Of a DNA stretch of 64,000 bases, positions 40,516 through 51,477 are shown piece after piece. The notes under the pieces were generated by a model. It saw only the letters and a program-made list of their open reading frames with translations. It was not told where the DNA came from and did no database searches. A program made the position numbers and the translations under genes. The stretch spans positions 4,224,001 to 4,288,000 of the forward strand of contig OZ244048.1 in NCBI GenBank assembly GCA_965215265.1. The letters are read 5' to 3'. Every line of letters starts with the position of its first letter. Positions within the stretch are counted from its first letter, which is position 1. Source of the DNA: Candidatus Poribacteria bacterium (GTDB taxonomy: Bacteria > Poribacteria > WGA-4E > WGA-3G).

Positions 40516-41658
40516 TTACAAAAGATCACGCCCGATGGCGATTAATCGTGTTGCTTGCTCCGCTGTATCGGCTATCAACCGTGATGCATCCGCAACCGCG
40601 AGGTCAAGGGACATCGGTTCCTGCACGATACCCAGCATTGCGTCAATACCGTGCTTATAAACCGCTTCCGCACCTTTGGCAATACCGCCTGCAATTGCAA
40701 TGACCGGGGTATTGTACACTTTCGCAACTTTTGCAACACCGACGGGAGTTTTGCCAAACGTAGTCTGAAAATCAAGTTGACCTTCACCGGTGAAAACGAG
40801 CGCAGCACCTTTGATACGTTCTGTGAGTTTTACGGCATCAATCATAATATCAACACCGAGCCGCAACTCAGCATTGAGGAATGCCATGAGTCCTGCACCT
40901 AAACCGCCGGCCGCGCCGGCACCGGGGATGTTATTAAAGGAGTTTCCAAGGGCACCCCCCAAAATTTTATCAAAATGTGTCAAATTTTCATCAAGCGTTT
41001 CAATCATATCCGGGGTTGCCCCTTTTTGAGACCCATAAACGTGCGACGCGCCCTCTGGTCCAGTTAAAGGATTGTTGACATCACATGCTACAACGGTTTC
41101 GGTTTCCGCAATAGCGGGATGTAAATGAGTTATATCTACCGTTGCCAATTCGCTAAGTCCACCGCCGCCGTGCGCTACCGGCTCTCCGGCTGTATTCAGC
41201 AATCTTACACCGAGCGCCTCTGCCATGCCAGCCCCGCCATCGTTTGTTGCGCTGCCACCAATACCGATGATAAGCCGGCGGCAGCCAGCATCCAAAGCTG
41301 CATGGATGAGTTGACCTGTGCCGTACGTTGTGGTGAGGAGCGGATTCCGTTTCTCGCGCGGCACGAGCGGAAGACCTGAAGCGGTTGCCATTTCAATAAC
41401 TGCAGTGTGCTTATCCGAAAGGATGCCAAATCGCGCATCGACTTCGTTACCGAGTGGGGCAATCACACGCTCTCTCCGAATGGTGCCACCCATCGCGTCA
41501 ACGAGGGATTGCGCAGTGCCTTCGCCACCATCTGCCATTGGCACTTTCTCAATCACTGCCGATGGAAAGACGCGGCGGATTCCTTGTTCAATCGCACTTG
41601 CCGCTTGCAGTGCACTAACGCTTCCTTTGAATGAATCAGGGGCGACTACAATTTTCAT
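40516..41658 (-). CDS. glxK: Glycerate kinase (GlxK/GarK family)
   Basis: APDSFKGS, MADGGEG, GGSATNDGG, GAGAAGGLG and TGEG. Confidence 0.92.
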   Translation of the reverse strand: MKIVVAPDSFKGSVSALQAASAIEQGIRRVFPSAVIEKVPMADGGEGTAQSLVDAMGGTIRRERVIAPLGNEVDARFGILSDKHTAVIEMATASGLPLVPREKRNPLLTTTYGTGQLIHAALDAGCRRLIIGIGGSATNDGGAGMAEALGVRLLNTAGEPVAHGGGGLSELATVDITHLHPAIAETETVVACDVNNPLTGPEGASHVYGSQKGATPDMIETLDENLTHFDKILGGALGNSFNNIPGAGAAGGLGAGLMAFLNAELRLGVDIMIDAVKLTERIKGAALVFTGEGQLDFQTTFGKTPVGVAKVAKVYNTPVIAIAGGIAKGAEAVYKHGIDAMLGIVQEPMSLDLAVADASRLIADTAEQATRLIAIGRDLL

Positions 41659-41882
41659 GTTGATTGTATCATGCTTTCCGAACGCAGTTTATCATCAAAC
41701 TGCCTTCCTGGCAAACCTTGAACGTTTCTTGACTAACACGCTAATAACAATTTATCACGAGCATTGCAATTTTTCAAGTTTTTTTCAATGCACTTCTATC
41801 TTAATGCAGCCTATGAGGGCAGCAAAAACGGATACGTTCCTAGCTACAGATCTAAACTATAATTTCAAAAAAGGAGTCACAC

Positions 41883-42745
41883 ATGAATTGGGAATTGGAA
41901 ACAGCTGTCTCTGATGAACAAGTTGAATTTTACAGAGAAAATGGATACCTCAAATTCGGTAGAATTTTTACCAAACCCGAAGTCGATTTTTCGTCTAGTG
42001 CAGCCCAATAAAGGTTTATGCTATGTTAAAGCCCTTACAAATCTCGTCAGAGCCGTCTTAGGTTTAGAATCTAAACATCTTTGAACTTCGAGAGTATGTC
42101 GATGAAATGATTGCGAATTTGCCGGACGGAAAACGACCGGAACAGATGGATGTCCCGCACTTTGAGCACCCTTTCCTCTTCAAATATCTTACCCATCCAC
42201 GTGTCCTAAAGGTAATAGAACGGTTTATCGGACCGGATATCGTGCTCTGGTCTAGTCACTTCATTAGCAAGCGCGAAGGAGATGGCATGGAAGTTCCGTG
42301 GCATCAGGACGGTGTCTATTGGGGAAAAATGCTTGAACCGATGAACGTCATCACTATGTGGTTGGCCGTAGATGAATCCACGCTCGAAAATGGATGTATG
42401 CGCGTCATCCCCAAAAGTCACCAATTACGGAACCGCCGGTATGAATCCGTGAATAGGAAAAATAACCTCTTTGGAAGCGAAATTATTCATGAAGACATGG
42501 CCGCATCCCAAGCGGTTGACTTGGAATTGCAAGTCGGCGAGTCTCATTTTCATGATGCCTGGACAATTCACAACTCTTCTGCTAATACGTCACAGAAACG
42601 GCGATGCGGTTACACAATGCGTTACATGCCAGCCGATGTCCGGTACCCAGGAGCAGAATGGCGACGCACACACTACATCTATCTCTTGCAAGGCGAAGAT
42701 CGAACGGATGGGTTTAATACCTACGCGCCCGTGCCAGTTTCATAA
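41883..42745 (+). pseudogene. PhyH family dioxygenase interrupted by a 95-bp repeat insertion
   Basis: AAGGAG RBS and ATG 41883 give MNWELETAVSDEQVEFYRENGYLKFGRIFTKPEVD. After the insert the gene resumes ELREYVDEMIANL..WHQD.. The insert carries TAA at 42009. Confidence 0.85.
41988..42082. mobile_element. Foldback-repeat locus 12: left arm plus palindromic core inserted in phyH
   Basis: TTTTCGTCTAG..ACAAATCTCGTCAGAGCC..GTTTAGAATCTAAACATC. Confidence 0.9.
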
Positions 42746-42750
42746 CCGGC

Positions 42751-42826
42751 TTTTGTATATCTCCGTACCATCAACGCTTAGGTATTGACAACTCGTGTGT
42801 AAATCTCGTCGGAGATTCCTTAGGTT
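42751..42826. repeat. Foldback-repeat locus 13 (reverse right arm after the phyH stop)
   Basis: TTTTGTATATCTCCGTACCATC..GTGTGTAAATCTCGTCGGAG. Confidence 0.9.
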
Positions 42827-42941
42827 ATGATTCCTCAATCACTTTTCTCGCAAACTCCTCAATCTCCGCAGGATCCCCACCTTGATATAGAACTACCGTG
42901 GAACGCTCTCACAATTTCCATCAGGTTGACACATTATAGTA

Positions 42942-43796
42942 TTATTTTACAATTTCAACTGCGCGAATGCGGTGACGAAGAACAAGCACACAGAGAAGCG
43001 CCAACACCACTATTGTGAGAAGAGTCCAAAACCAAGAGACAGAGTAGTTCTTAGAAAGACCAAACAGCACAGTCCCTAGTCTATCATAACTTGTCCATAC
43101 TGAAACCCACGCCACTTTACTGCTGTGTGTAATTTCGCGTAGAATTTCAAAGATTATATACGTGCCAAACCAAACAGCACAAAAACCTATTGTCGCGTAA
43201 CGCGGATTTGATGTCAGCGACGAGAATAATAGGATCAGCAAACTTGCAGACACGATAATAATCGTCGAATACGCTATGATAGACAACGGTAACCAATAGT
43301 TTTCACGGAAGAACGGCGTATCCGTTAACAGCAGGTGTTCTAAAAATAGAAGGATCCCCGGAACTACCGTCAGGCAAGCAAGAAGAATGCCAACCACAGC
43401 ACATTTTCCAACGAGATAATCGACCCAGGAAATCGGTTTGGAGAGATAAAGCGTTAACGCGTTATTTTTCAGATCATTCGCTATTAAACCAGAACCTCCA
43501 AAAATTGCAATCAGAGCAATGAGGAATGGAGTGACCGGAATTAAAAATAAAAATTGCTGGAAAGCCTTTACATCAACAGAAAATATAGGAGTTGAGGCAG
43601 GAAATTGATTCACGATATAGATAAGCATAGCGTGAACTAAAATGTAGATTACAGGCGGTATGGCAACGATGAGGCGAACGATTTTCCGTTGCGCGAGCAG
43701 CCTCAGTTCAGCTTTCGTGATAATCCACCAACGCATACGAGTGTGCGGTTTTAACGTCCCATCCCAATGCCGGTAATGTTGCGTGTGAATAGGCAT
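42942..43796 (-). CDS. ABC-2 type transporter permease
   Basis: GSGLIANDLKNNALTLYLSKPISWVDYLVGK motif; about six TM segments. Confidence 0.85.
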   Translation of the reverse strand: MPIHTQHYRHWDGTLKPHTRMRWWIITKAELRLLAQRKIVRLIVAIPPVIYILVHAMLIYIVNQFPASTPIFSVDVKAFQQFLFLIPVTPFLIALIAIFGGSGLIANDLKNNALTLYLSKPISWVDYLVGKCAVVGILLACLTVVPGILLFLEHLLLTDTPFFRENYWLPLSIIAYSTIIIVSASLLILLFSSLTSNPRYATIGFCAVWFGTYIIFEILREITHSSKVAWVSVWTSYDRLGTVLFGLSKNYSVSWFWTLLTIVVLALLCVLVLRHRIRAVEIVK

Positions 43797-43798
43797 AG

Positions 43799-44485
43799 TT
43801 AATACTTATAGATAGAAGTTCTTTCCAATGTATCTGAAAACGGACCCTGCTTCTTAGTCTGAATTTCAACGGTGATAATCCCCAAGGGTGTATCGCGCTC
43901 CGGGTCCTCTTCAATCAGGGCACGCGGAATCTCAGCACTCAGGAGTCTATCAAGCCTGTTGAGTTCCTGAGACCAGCGAAGATCTATGAGGCGCCCATCG
44001 TAAACCTTCTTGTGCTTTGCCCCATTGCGTATCGAGTAAACCTGGGCGTTAGTCGTAAACTCTGCCTCGGAGATAGTACTGATGCCAACGTTCGGGCTCA
44101 GAATGCTTTGGTTCCATATAAGAGGCGTTCCATTTCTATCAAGCAGATAAATTCTAACGTCTATACGGTCAACGCGCGGGTCCGATTGAATCTCGATGCC
44201 TTCAAAATTTTGGATTTCCCCACTGCCGCACGATAACAGCAGAAGCACACAAATACCGACTCCCACTCGGCATAACTGTTCCTTCCATTGCCCGAATTTG
44301 AACCCGGCATTAATCACATTTATCTCTCGCACTACATTTCGCAGCCGCGCATAAAATTGGTGGAACATCCCCGCAGCACCTCTTTTTAAACCGAACACGT
44401 TCACCTCCGTCTTTTGGATATTAGGCAGAATTAGCACGCCCAATATAGTAAAATTGGCTTGGACTATTATAACCTGTTTCAGCAA
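43799..44485 (-). CDS. Hypothetical protein, possibly a lipoprotein (true start probably downstream of 44485)
   Basis: Internal lipobox-like LLLSCG; stop is 2 nt before the permease start. Confidence 0.55.
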   Translation of the reverse strand: MLKQVIIVQANFTILGVLILPNIQKTEVNVFGLKRGAAGMFHQFYARLRNVVREINVINAGFKFGQWKEQLCRVGVGICVLLLLSCGSGEIQNFEGIEIQSDPRVDRIDVRIYLLDRNGTPLIWNQSILSPNVGISTISEAEFTTNAQVYSIRNGAKHKKVYDGRLIDLRWSQELNRLDRLLSAEIPRALIEEDPERDTPLGIITVEIQTKKQGPFSDTLERTSIYKY

Positions 44486-44586
44486 TAGATGTCAACGGTA
44501 AAACGCCGCAGCAAGATAAAAAACCTCTTGCCTTTTTTTTTAAAATCCATATAATACCTCCTAAGCCATTTTAAAGGGGGAACCTC

Positions 44587-45675
44587 ATGAAAGCCGCTGT
44601 ACTGTATGAAATTGACACACATCTAAAAATTGAGGAATTTGACTTACCAGATACACGCCCCAATCAAGTACGAGTACGCTTGGTAGCAAGCGGAGTCTGC
44701 CATTCCGATTGGCACATCGTAAAAGGAGAGTGGCCCCACGTTCGACTCCCTATCATCCTTGGACATGAAGGCGCAGGCATTGTAGAAGAAATAGGAAGCG
44801 AAGTAACCCAAGTTCAAGCCGGTGACCACGTTATCCTCTCATGGAAACGGAACTGTGGATATTGCGAAATGTGCCAGAAAGGATTTCCCAATCTGTGTGC
44901 GTTACCAGCCGATAGCTCAGGCCGCCCAGCTACAAAAATAAGTAGACGCGAAATAGATCAGATGGCAGGATTGGGCACCTTTGGAACCGAGACGCTCGTA
45001 CCGCAAGACGCAGTTGTTCCAATTGCTAAAGACATGCCACTAGCACAAGCAGCGTTGATTGGATGTGGTGTAATGACTGGAGTCGGCGCAGCCATCAATA
45101 CCGCTCAAGTCGCACCCGGCAGCTCGGTAGCTGTTTTTGGATGCGGCGGCGTCGGCTTAAACTGCATCCAAGGGTCCGCACTCTCAGGCGCAGAATCAAT
45201 TATTGCCGTTGATATATTGGATAACAAACTTGAATTGGGAAAGCAGTTTGGCGCTACACACACCGTCAATGCCGCACAAGTCGACCCGGTAGAACAGATT
45301 CGCGAGATTACCGGCGGACCCGGTGTACATTATGCCTTTGAAGCAATCGGACTTATTGGAGAAACATTTAAACAAGCCATTCTTTGCACGCGAAGCCGCG
45401 GCGTAACGGTTTTCGTCGGACATGCACCCGAAAATACACCCGTCGATTTTGACGCACGAATGCTCATGCCCGAGAAGACTGTTATCGGTTCCATGTACGG
45501 CACCGCACGGCCCCATGTCGACTTCCCGCGGTTGGTTGCACTCTATAAAGCACGACAACTTAAACTAGACGAGTTAGTCACGCGAACCTATACCCTTGAA
45601 CGAGTTAATGACGCGTTTGAAGCACTACAGAGAGGTGAAGTCGCACGGAGTGTCCTAGATTTGACATCGGTCTAA
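44587..45675 (+). CDS. Zn-dependent alcohol dehydrogenase (class III-like MDR)
   Basis: GVCHSD, GHEGAG, CGYCEMC..C, GCGVMTG and GCGGVG. Confidence 0.93.
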   Translation: MKAAVLYEIDTHLKIEEFDLPDTRPNQVRVRLVASGVCHSDWHIVKGEWPHVRLPIILGHEGAGIVEEIGSEVTQVQAGDHVILSWKRNCGYCEMCQKGFPNLCALPADSSGRPATKISRREIDQMAGLGTFGTETLVPQDAVVPIAKDMPLAQAALIGCGVMTGVGAAINTAQVAPGSSVAVFGCGGVGLNCIQGSALSGAESIIAVDILDNKLELGKQFGATHTVNAAQVDPVEQIREITGGPGVHYAFEAIGLIGETFKQAILCTRSRGVTVFVGHAPENTPVDFDARMLMPEKTVIGSMYGTARPHVDFPRLVALYKARQLKLDELVTRTYTLERVNDAFEALQRGEVARSVLDLTSV

Positions 45676-45800
45676 TTATCAGATGCTTTCTAATGAAATT
45701 GAATCTTGTTACAATATGCTAATATTATTTCAAAGGAATCGGGGGCGGGAGCTCACTCCCACTTTCATGTAAATTAAGACAGTTTCCCTGGAGGACTAAC

Positions 45801-47468
45801 GTGTTTCCTAAGAGATACATTGTTGGAACTATCATTGTCGGAATCTTAGCGTGTGCAGACAGCATAATTGCAGATACCCCGCTTTTTACAGATGTAACCG
45901 CTGAACTCGGTTTTGAGTATCCTAATACAGCATGGCCAACTGGAACTTACGCACTCCACGAAGTAATCGGCAGCGGTGTCGCGCTATTTGACTACAATGC
46001 AGACGGTTTGTTAGATATCCTGCATATCCGATTCCCGCCCCCCGGCCAGCCCGATGCCCCTGCCCCTAATCAGTTATTTCAACAGCAGACGGACGGCACT
46101 TTCCTAGACGTTACAGAACCCGCCCAAATTGGGCACCCAGGATATGGGCAAGGCGTAGCAATCGGGGATGTCAATAACGACGGCCACAGCGATGTATACG
46201 TCACGAACTTCGGTGAAGATGCATTCTATCGAAACAACGGAGATGCCACCTTTACGTTAGAAATTGACTCTGGGCTCTCAAATGAAGCCTGGGGCACATC
46301 CGCTGCGTTCGGTGATGTCAATCGGGATGGATACCTTGATATCTACATAGCGAATTACGTCCAATTCGATGCAGAGACGATTTGCCGCGGTAAGCATGGG
46401 GCACCGGATTACTGTAACCCACAAGTCTTCCCGCCAGCTCCGGATCGGCTATTTCAAAACAATGGCGATGGAACTTTTACAGACATCACAAGGCAAGCGG
46501 GCATTGAATCCGCACCCAACCGGGGACTCGGCGTTGTCTGTCTAGATTTAACAGCCGATGGATGGCTCGATTTTTATGTCGCTAACGATGGAGAGGCAAA
46601 CCAACTCTGGGTAAATCAGCACGATGGAACCTTTACTGAAGAAGCCATCGTGCACGGGCTTGCCTTCAACACCTACGGACAGCCTGAAGGCAGCATGGGT
46701 ATCGCTGTTGGGGATATCAACGCGGATACGCGCCCAGACCTATTCGTAACGCATTTAACAGGCGAGACAAATACACTCTATATAACCTCACCTTACTCTA
46801 TTTTTTTTGATATCACTGAGAATGCCGGATTTGCAGGACAAGATCTCCCTTTTACAGGATTTGGATGTGGATTCCTGGATTTTGACAACGATGCTGACCT
46901 GGATATCGCCCTCGTCAATGGTAGAGTCAAACGCGGAAACGTGATTGAAGGCGCAGACCAAGGCGAATTCTGGAATTTTTACGCCGAACCTAATCTCCTT
47001 TTCCAAAATTCAGAACAAAATCCCCCGGCTTTCAACGATGTTAGTCTATACGCCCCAGATTTCACGGAACAAATAGAAGTCAGCCGCGGCCTGGCCCTCG
47101 GTGATATTGACAGGGATGGCGATCTTGATATGGTAGTGAGCAGTCTTAACAACCGACTTCGTGTCTATCAAAACAACGCACCACCACCAAAACACAATTG
47201 GCTTTGTGTCCAAGCCCTCACCCAAAACCGCGATGCATTTGGCGCACTCGTAACCCTTAAAACCGCAATGGGAAAACACACAGCGTTCATACTCCCCAAC
47301 ATAAGTTATCTCAGTAGCAGCCAACCGAACGCACATTTCGGATTGGGCATAATTGATGTTATTCAAGCGATTGAGGTTCACTGGCCAGATGGAACCCGGG
47401 AAACATTTGGTGGGGCACTTGCCAATCAGTGGATCCAAGTTTATCAAGGAGAGGGGACAGCCTTTTGA
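45801..47468 (+). CDS. CRTAC1-like FG-GAP/ASPIC-UnbV secreted protein
   Basis: Repeated DxNxDGxxD motifs; C-terminal SYLSSS..AHFGLG..IEVHWPDG. Confidence 0.9.
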   Translation: MFPKRYIVGTIIVGILACADSIIADTPLFTDVTAELGFEYPNTAWPTGTYALHEVIGSGVALFDYNADGLLDILHIRFPPPGQPDAPAPNQLFQQQTDGTFLDVTEPAQIGHPGYGQGVAIGDVNNDGHSDVYVTNFGEDAFYRNNGDATFTLEIDSGLSNEAWGTSAAFGDVNRDGYLDIYIANYVQFDAETICRGKHGAPDYCNPQVFPPAPDRLFQNNGDGTFTDITRQAGIESAPNRGLGVVCLDLTADGWLDFYVANDGEANQLWVNQHDGTFTEEAIVHGLAFNTYGQPEGSMGIAVGDINADTRPDLFVTHLTGETNTLYITSPYSIFFDITENAGFAGQDLPFTGFGCGFLDFDNDADLDIALVNGRVKRGNVIEGADQGEFWNFYAEPNLLFQNSEQNPPAFNDVSLYAPDFTEQIEVSRGLALGDIDRDGDLDMVVSSLNNRLRVYQNNAPPPKHNWLCVQALTQNRDAFGALVTLKTAMGKHTAFILPNISYLSSSQPNAHFGLGIIDVIQAIEVHWPDGTRETFGGALANQWIQVYQGEGTAF

Positions 47469-49114
47469 GCTTAGTAAATACACAATTCGCGCACCGATAT
47501 TGCAAAATTTTTCTGCTTTGCACACTCATAAACAGTTTGGTTGGAACAACTGCCGCCAGTGAAATCGAAATTCCACAACCTGCCGAGCTCGGGTTCGTTG
47601 AGGAGAAGTTGCTGTTGGAGGCAATTGCGTTCGCACAAGAAGCCGTTCGAGATAAACCGAACGACGCGGAAAAATGGGGAAAGTTAGGGCATGTCTACCT
47701 TGTCCACGGATGGGAGCAAACCGCAGTAACTTGTTATCGCCAAGCTATTACCCTCGCCCCTAATGAATTCCGGTGGCACTATTTTCTCGGAAGACTGACA
47801 GCACAGCAGCAACCGCAAGAAGCGATCCGGGTACTCACACGCGCGATGCAATTAAAACGAGATTCCGCACCCGCACACCTTTATCTCGCATCTGCCATGC
47901 GGATTTTAGGAAGGCTCGATGAAGCCAAACAACATTTAAAACGCGCCAAGCAGCTCCAACCCGAAAACCCTTTTTCTGACCTCTGGTTGGCTGAAATCGC
48001 GCTGCAGAAAATAAAACCAACAACCGACGATAAACTCCTCAACCAAAATTTCACACAACAGGTCGAACTCGCCCGAACACATTTGCAACACGCACTCCAG
48101 CTCAACCCAGCACAAAGCGAAGCACACGCCATCATGGCACAATTGCAGCGCCTTTTGGGCAATACACACCTTGCGCAACAGCATGCACGCGCAGCACGGC
48201 AACCCAGCCAATTTATCCCATTAGCCGAACCGCTGTGGTGGGAGGTACTTCAACAAGGCGTAACCGCTCCGCTGTACGCCCAACGCGGCAAGTGGCATAT
48301 TGCTGAAGGGGATTTTGAAAGCGCAGTCGCAGAATTTCAAGCACTAATCTCAAACGCACAAAAAGATGTCGAGGTTTGGATTGACTACAGCGTCGCACTC
48401 TTTTATACCCAACGTTATAACGAAGCATTCGCCGCATTAGCAAGCGCACAAGTATTACTCCGCAACGACCCAGATCTCAAAAAGTATAAAAAAACTACTG
48501 AACTTGACTATTTAACTGCCCAGGTGCACTACTATTTCGGACGCATCTATTATAAAACAGGTAGGAACGCCGCTGCTATTCGTGAGTGTCAGAAGGCGTT
48601 GCAATATCAACCGACACCTCGCATCTACCAAGTTGTCCCTGATAATGCAACAATAGCAACCTTTTTCTCTGACGTTTACGCGAATCTCGGCATGCTCTAT
48701 GAAGAAACCAACCAACTTGACCTGGCAATTGAGCAATATCAGAACGCTCTCAGACTGACACCGAAAACTCCGGCATTGCACCGAGACCTCGCGGTCGTCC
48801 TTTGGAAAAAACGGAACTATGCTAAAGCAGAATCCCATTACAAAGTCGTTGTCAACCACGATAAAACGGATATACAAGCGGTTTATAGACTTGGCTTAAT
48901 TTTTTTGATGCAGGAGCACTACGTACAGGCAGCCAGGCAGTTTAAAAAAGTACTTGAACTTGACGATAAACACGCCCAGGCGTATGGAGCATTGGGAATT
49001 GCACACCAAAAACTCGGAAATATACCGGAAGCAATTGCAGCATTTGAAAAGGTCTTACAGCTGGATCCAGCAAATCAGAATGCATTACAAATGCTCAGAC
49101 AACTCAAGCAGTAG
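47429..49114 (+). CDS. Tetratricopeptide repeat protein (start uncertain)
   Basis: Many TPR-type repeats, e.g. YGALGIAHQKLGNIPEAIAAFEKVLQLDP. Confidence 0.88.
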   Translation: MDPSLSRRGDSLLSLVNTQFAHRYCKIFLLCTLINSLVGTTAASEIEIPQPAELGFVEEKLLLEAIAFAQEAVRDKPNDAEKWGKLGHVYLVHGWEQTAVTCYRQAITLAPNEFRWHYFLGRLTAQQQPQEAIRVLTRAMQLKRDSAPAHLYLASAMRILGRLDEAKQHLKRAKQLQPENPFSDLWLAEIALQKIKPTTDDKLLNQNFTQQVELARTHLQHALQLNPAQSEAHAIMAQLQRLLGNTHLAQQHARAARQPSQFIPLAEPLWWEVLQQGVTAPLYAQRGKWHIAEGDFESAVAEFQALISNAQKDVEVWIDYSVALFYTQRYNEAFAALASAQVLLRNDPDLKKYKKTTELDYLTAQVHYYFGRIYYKTGRNAAAIRECQKALQYQPTPRIYQVVPDNATIATFFSDVYANLGMLYEETNQLDLAIEQYQNALRLTPKTPALHRDLAVVLWKKRNYAKAESHYKVVVNHDKTDIQAVYRLGLIFLMQEHYVQAARQFKKVLELDDKHAQAYGALGIAHQKLGNIPEAIAAFEKVLQLDPANQNALQMLRQLKQ

Positions 49115-49120
49115 TCCTTT

Positions 49121-51336
49121 TTATTCTTGTGGAATATATAAAGCCCCTGTGCCCTGTGGACTCTTTCCATCAGTACCACCCCAGACAATCATTTTATCTT
49201 TTGCCCAGATTGCGGTGTGAAGTACTTTCCCATCCGGAATACCGTCAGTGGGTAATGGATGCCACATGTCCGTTGTAGATTTATACACACCGCCGGTTTT
49301 TAGTGGCTTGCCTTTACTACCAAAACCTCCCCAGACAATCATGCCGATACTGCTCCACACGGCACGATGCCCAAAACGCTCAGCCGGCGCGTTTCGCATC
49401 GAAATAGAGTGCCAGGTGTCTGTTTCCGGATCGTACATTCTACCGGTGTTGAGAGAACGGGTGCCGTCTGTGCCGCCCCAAATAAGCAGGCGTGAACCAC
49501 TCCACACCGCCGTGTGGCCGAATCTGCCCTCCGGCGCACCGGTTATACTCATTGGATGCCACGTATCCGTCGCAGGATCATACACTCCGCCTGTGTTGAC
49601 ATACCCTTCTCCTGTCGTACCACCCCAAACGAGCATTGCAGAGCCGTTCCACACAGCAGTATGTCCGCTGCGCGCATTCGGCGCACGTTCGCTAGAAATA
49701 GGCACCCACGTGTCACTGTTCGGCGTATAAATAGCCCCTGTCTGCACCGGTGTTTCGGCTGCATTCAAACCACCCCACACGATGAGCTCTGTTCCTGTCC
49801 ATACCGCACCGTGAAGAAATACCCCCTCAGGTGCTTGTGGAGCCGGTAGAGGACCCCACGTATCTGCCTGGAGTTTGTAACGCCCCCCGGTATTGAGGAA
49901 CCCTGCCTGCGATGCACCGCCCCAGACGAGCATCTCGGCACCCGTCCATACCGCAGTATGCCCGCCACGAGGAGCAGGGGCTTCAACTACAGAAAGCGGT
50001 TGCCAACTCTCTGTTTGTGGCGTGTAACGCCCCCCGGTATTTAGATAACCGGCTTGTGTGATGCCACCCCAAATTAGCATCTGATGTCCTGTCCACACCG
50101 CGGTATGTCCACCCCGAGCGGACATACCCTGTCCAGACAGGAGGTCGATCCACCGCCCCGTTTCCGGTTCATATCGACTCCCTGTATCCAGATACTGTTG
50201 CTTGTCTGTTCCACCCCAGACAAACATCTCTTTACCAGTCCAAACAGTCGTATGCCCAATGCGTCCTTGTAGACGTGTCGTCACTGGCATAGGCATCCAA
50301 GTATCCGTTCCCGGGTCGTATATGCCGCCTGTCTTTAGAGGCTGTCCGTTCCCGCCAAATCCACCCCAGATGAGCATCCTATCGCCTATCCAGACTGCAG
50401 TATGGCCCGCACGTGCCGCCGGTGCACCCTCCATAGCAAGCGGCATCCAAGTATTCGTTTCAGGACTGTATACGCCCCCGTTGCTAAGCGGTTTTGCGCA
50501 TCGTTAAGTCCACCCCACACAACCATTACACCAGAAGACCCGGTTTTTGCCCAAATAGCAGTATGCGCCGCACGTGGAGTTGGCGCGTTAAGTGTTGAAA
50601 GCCGATGCCATTTATCCGTTTTTGACTCATAAACTCCACCGGTTTGGAGAGGCTGCCTCTTCGCATCAAACCCACCCCACACCAGCATGTGGATGCCAGT
50701 CCAAACTGCTGTGTGGCTTATACGCGGCGCAGGCGCTTGTTCCGTCGAAACCGGCTCCCACCGCGCTGCTCCCGGAAGATAACTGCCTGCTGTACTGAGA
50801 AATTTATTTTTCCCATCCCATCCACCCCAGACAATCATCTCTTCTCCATTCCAGACCGAGGTATGACCGCCACGTGCTTCAGGGGCATTTTCGGTTGTGA
50901 GGATTTTCCACCGACGTTTGCCCGGCATGTATATACCACCGTTTTTCAAAGGAGTATCATCCGACGAAAAACCACCCCAAATGATGAGTTGCTCGTCTGC
51001 CCAGACTGCACCATGGTCGCCACGTGCTTCTGGGGCTCCATGAGCCGGAAGAGGATGCCACACATCTGTGGCAGGATTGTAGCTGCTACCGTCCTGTAAC
51101 TGCCCCGTTGCATTAACCCCACCCCATACGATGACCTGTTTGCCTGTCCATACTGCGGTATGGAGCCATCTTGCACTCGGTGGCCCAGCCGCAACGGGCT
51201 CCCATGTCCCTTGTGAATCAACTGGAAGAGGGATAACGCATAAAAGCAAAAAGAAAAGCAATATCAACCCAGATTTAAAGCGCGTTACACAGACATAGAT
51301 AAAAAAAAACGGCGGGATACGCCAAGGTAGGTTCAT
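49121..51336 (-). pseudogene. Kelch-repeat beta-propeller protein split by a 1-bp frameshift
   Basis: Two overlapping ORFs carry HTAVWTGxxMxxWGG repeats. One extra base in the C5 run at 50475-50479 restores TGGVYSPETNTWMP. Confidence 0.8.
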
Positions 51337-51409
51337 GCTACTTATCCGTCCAGTACTGTTTTACGCCAACACTACATTGAACAGTCAGAGTACGTTTTTT
51401 GTTTGTGTG

Positions 51410-51444
51410 TTCGGTAGACACGCTCACAACGCGTGCCTACCGAA
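51410..51444. terminator. Hairpin downstream of the LamG gene (terminator or GTAG-type REP-like palindrome)
   Basis: TTCGGTAGACACGC-TCACAAC-GCGTGCCTACCGAA, a 14-bp stem with one non-Watson-Crick pair. Confidence 0.5.
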
Positions 51445-51477
51445 AATTATTAAATTTGAAGACGGGGCATTACACGC

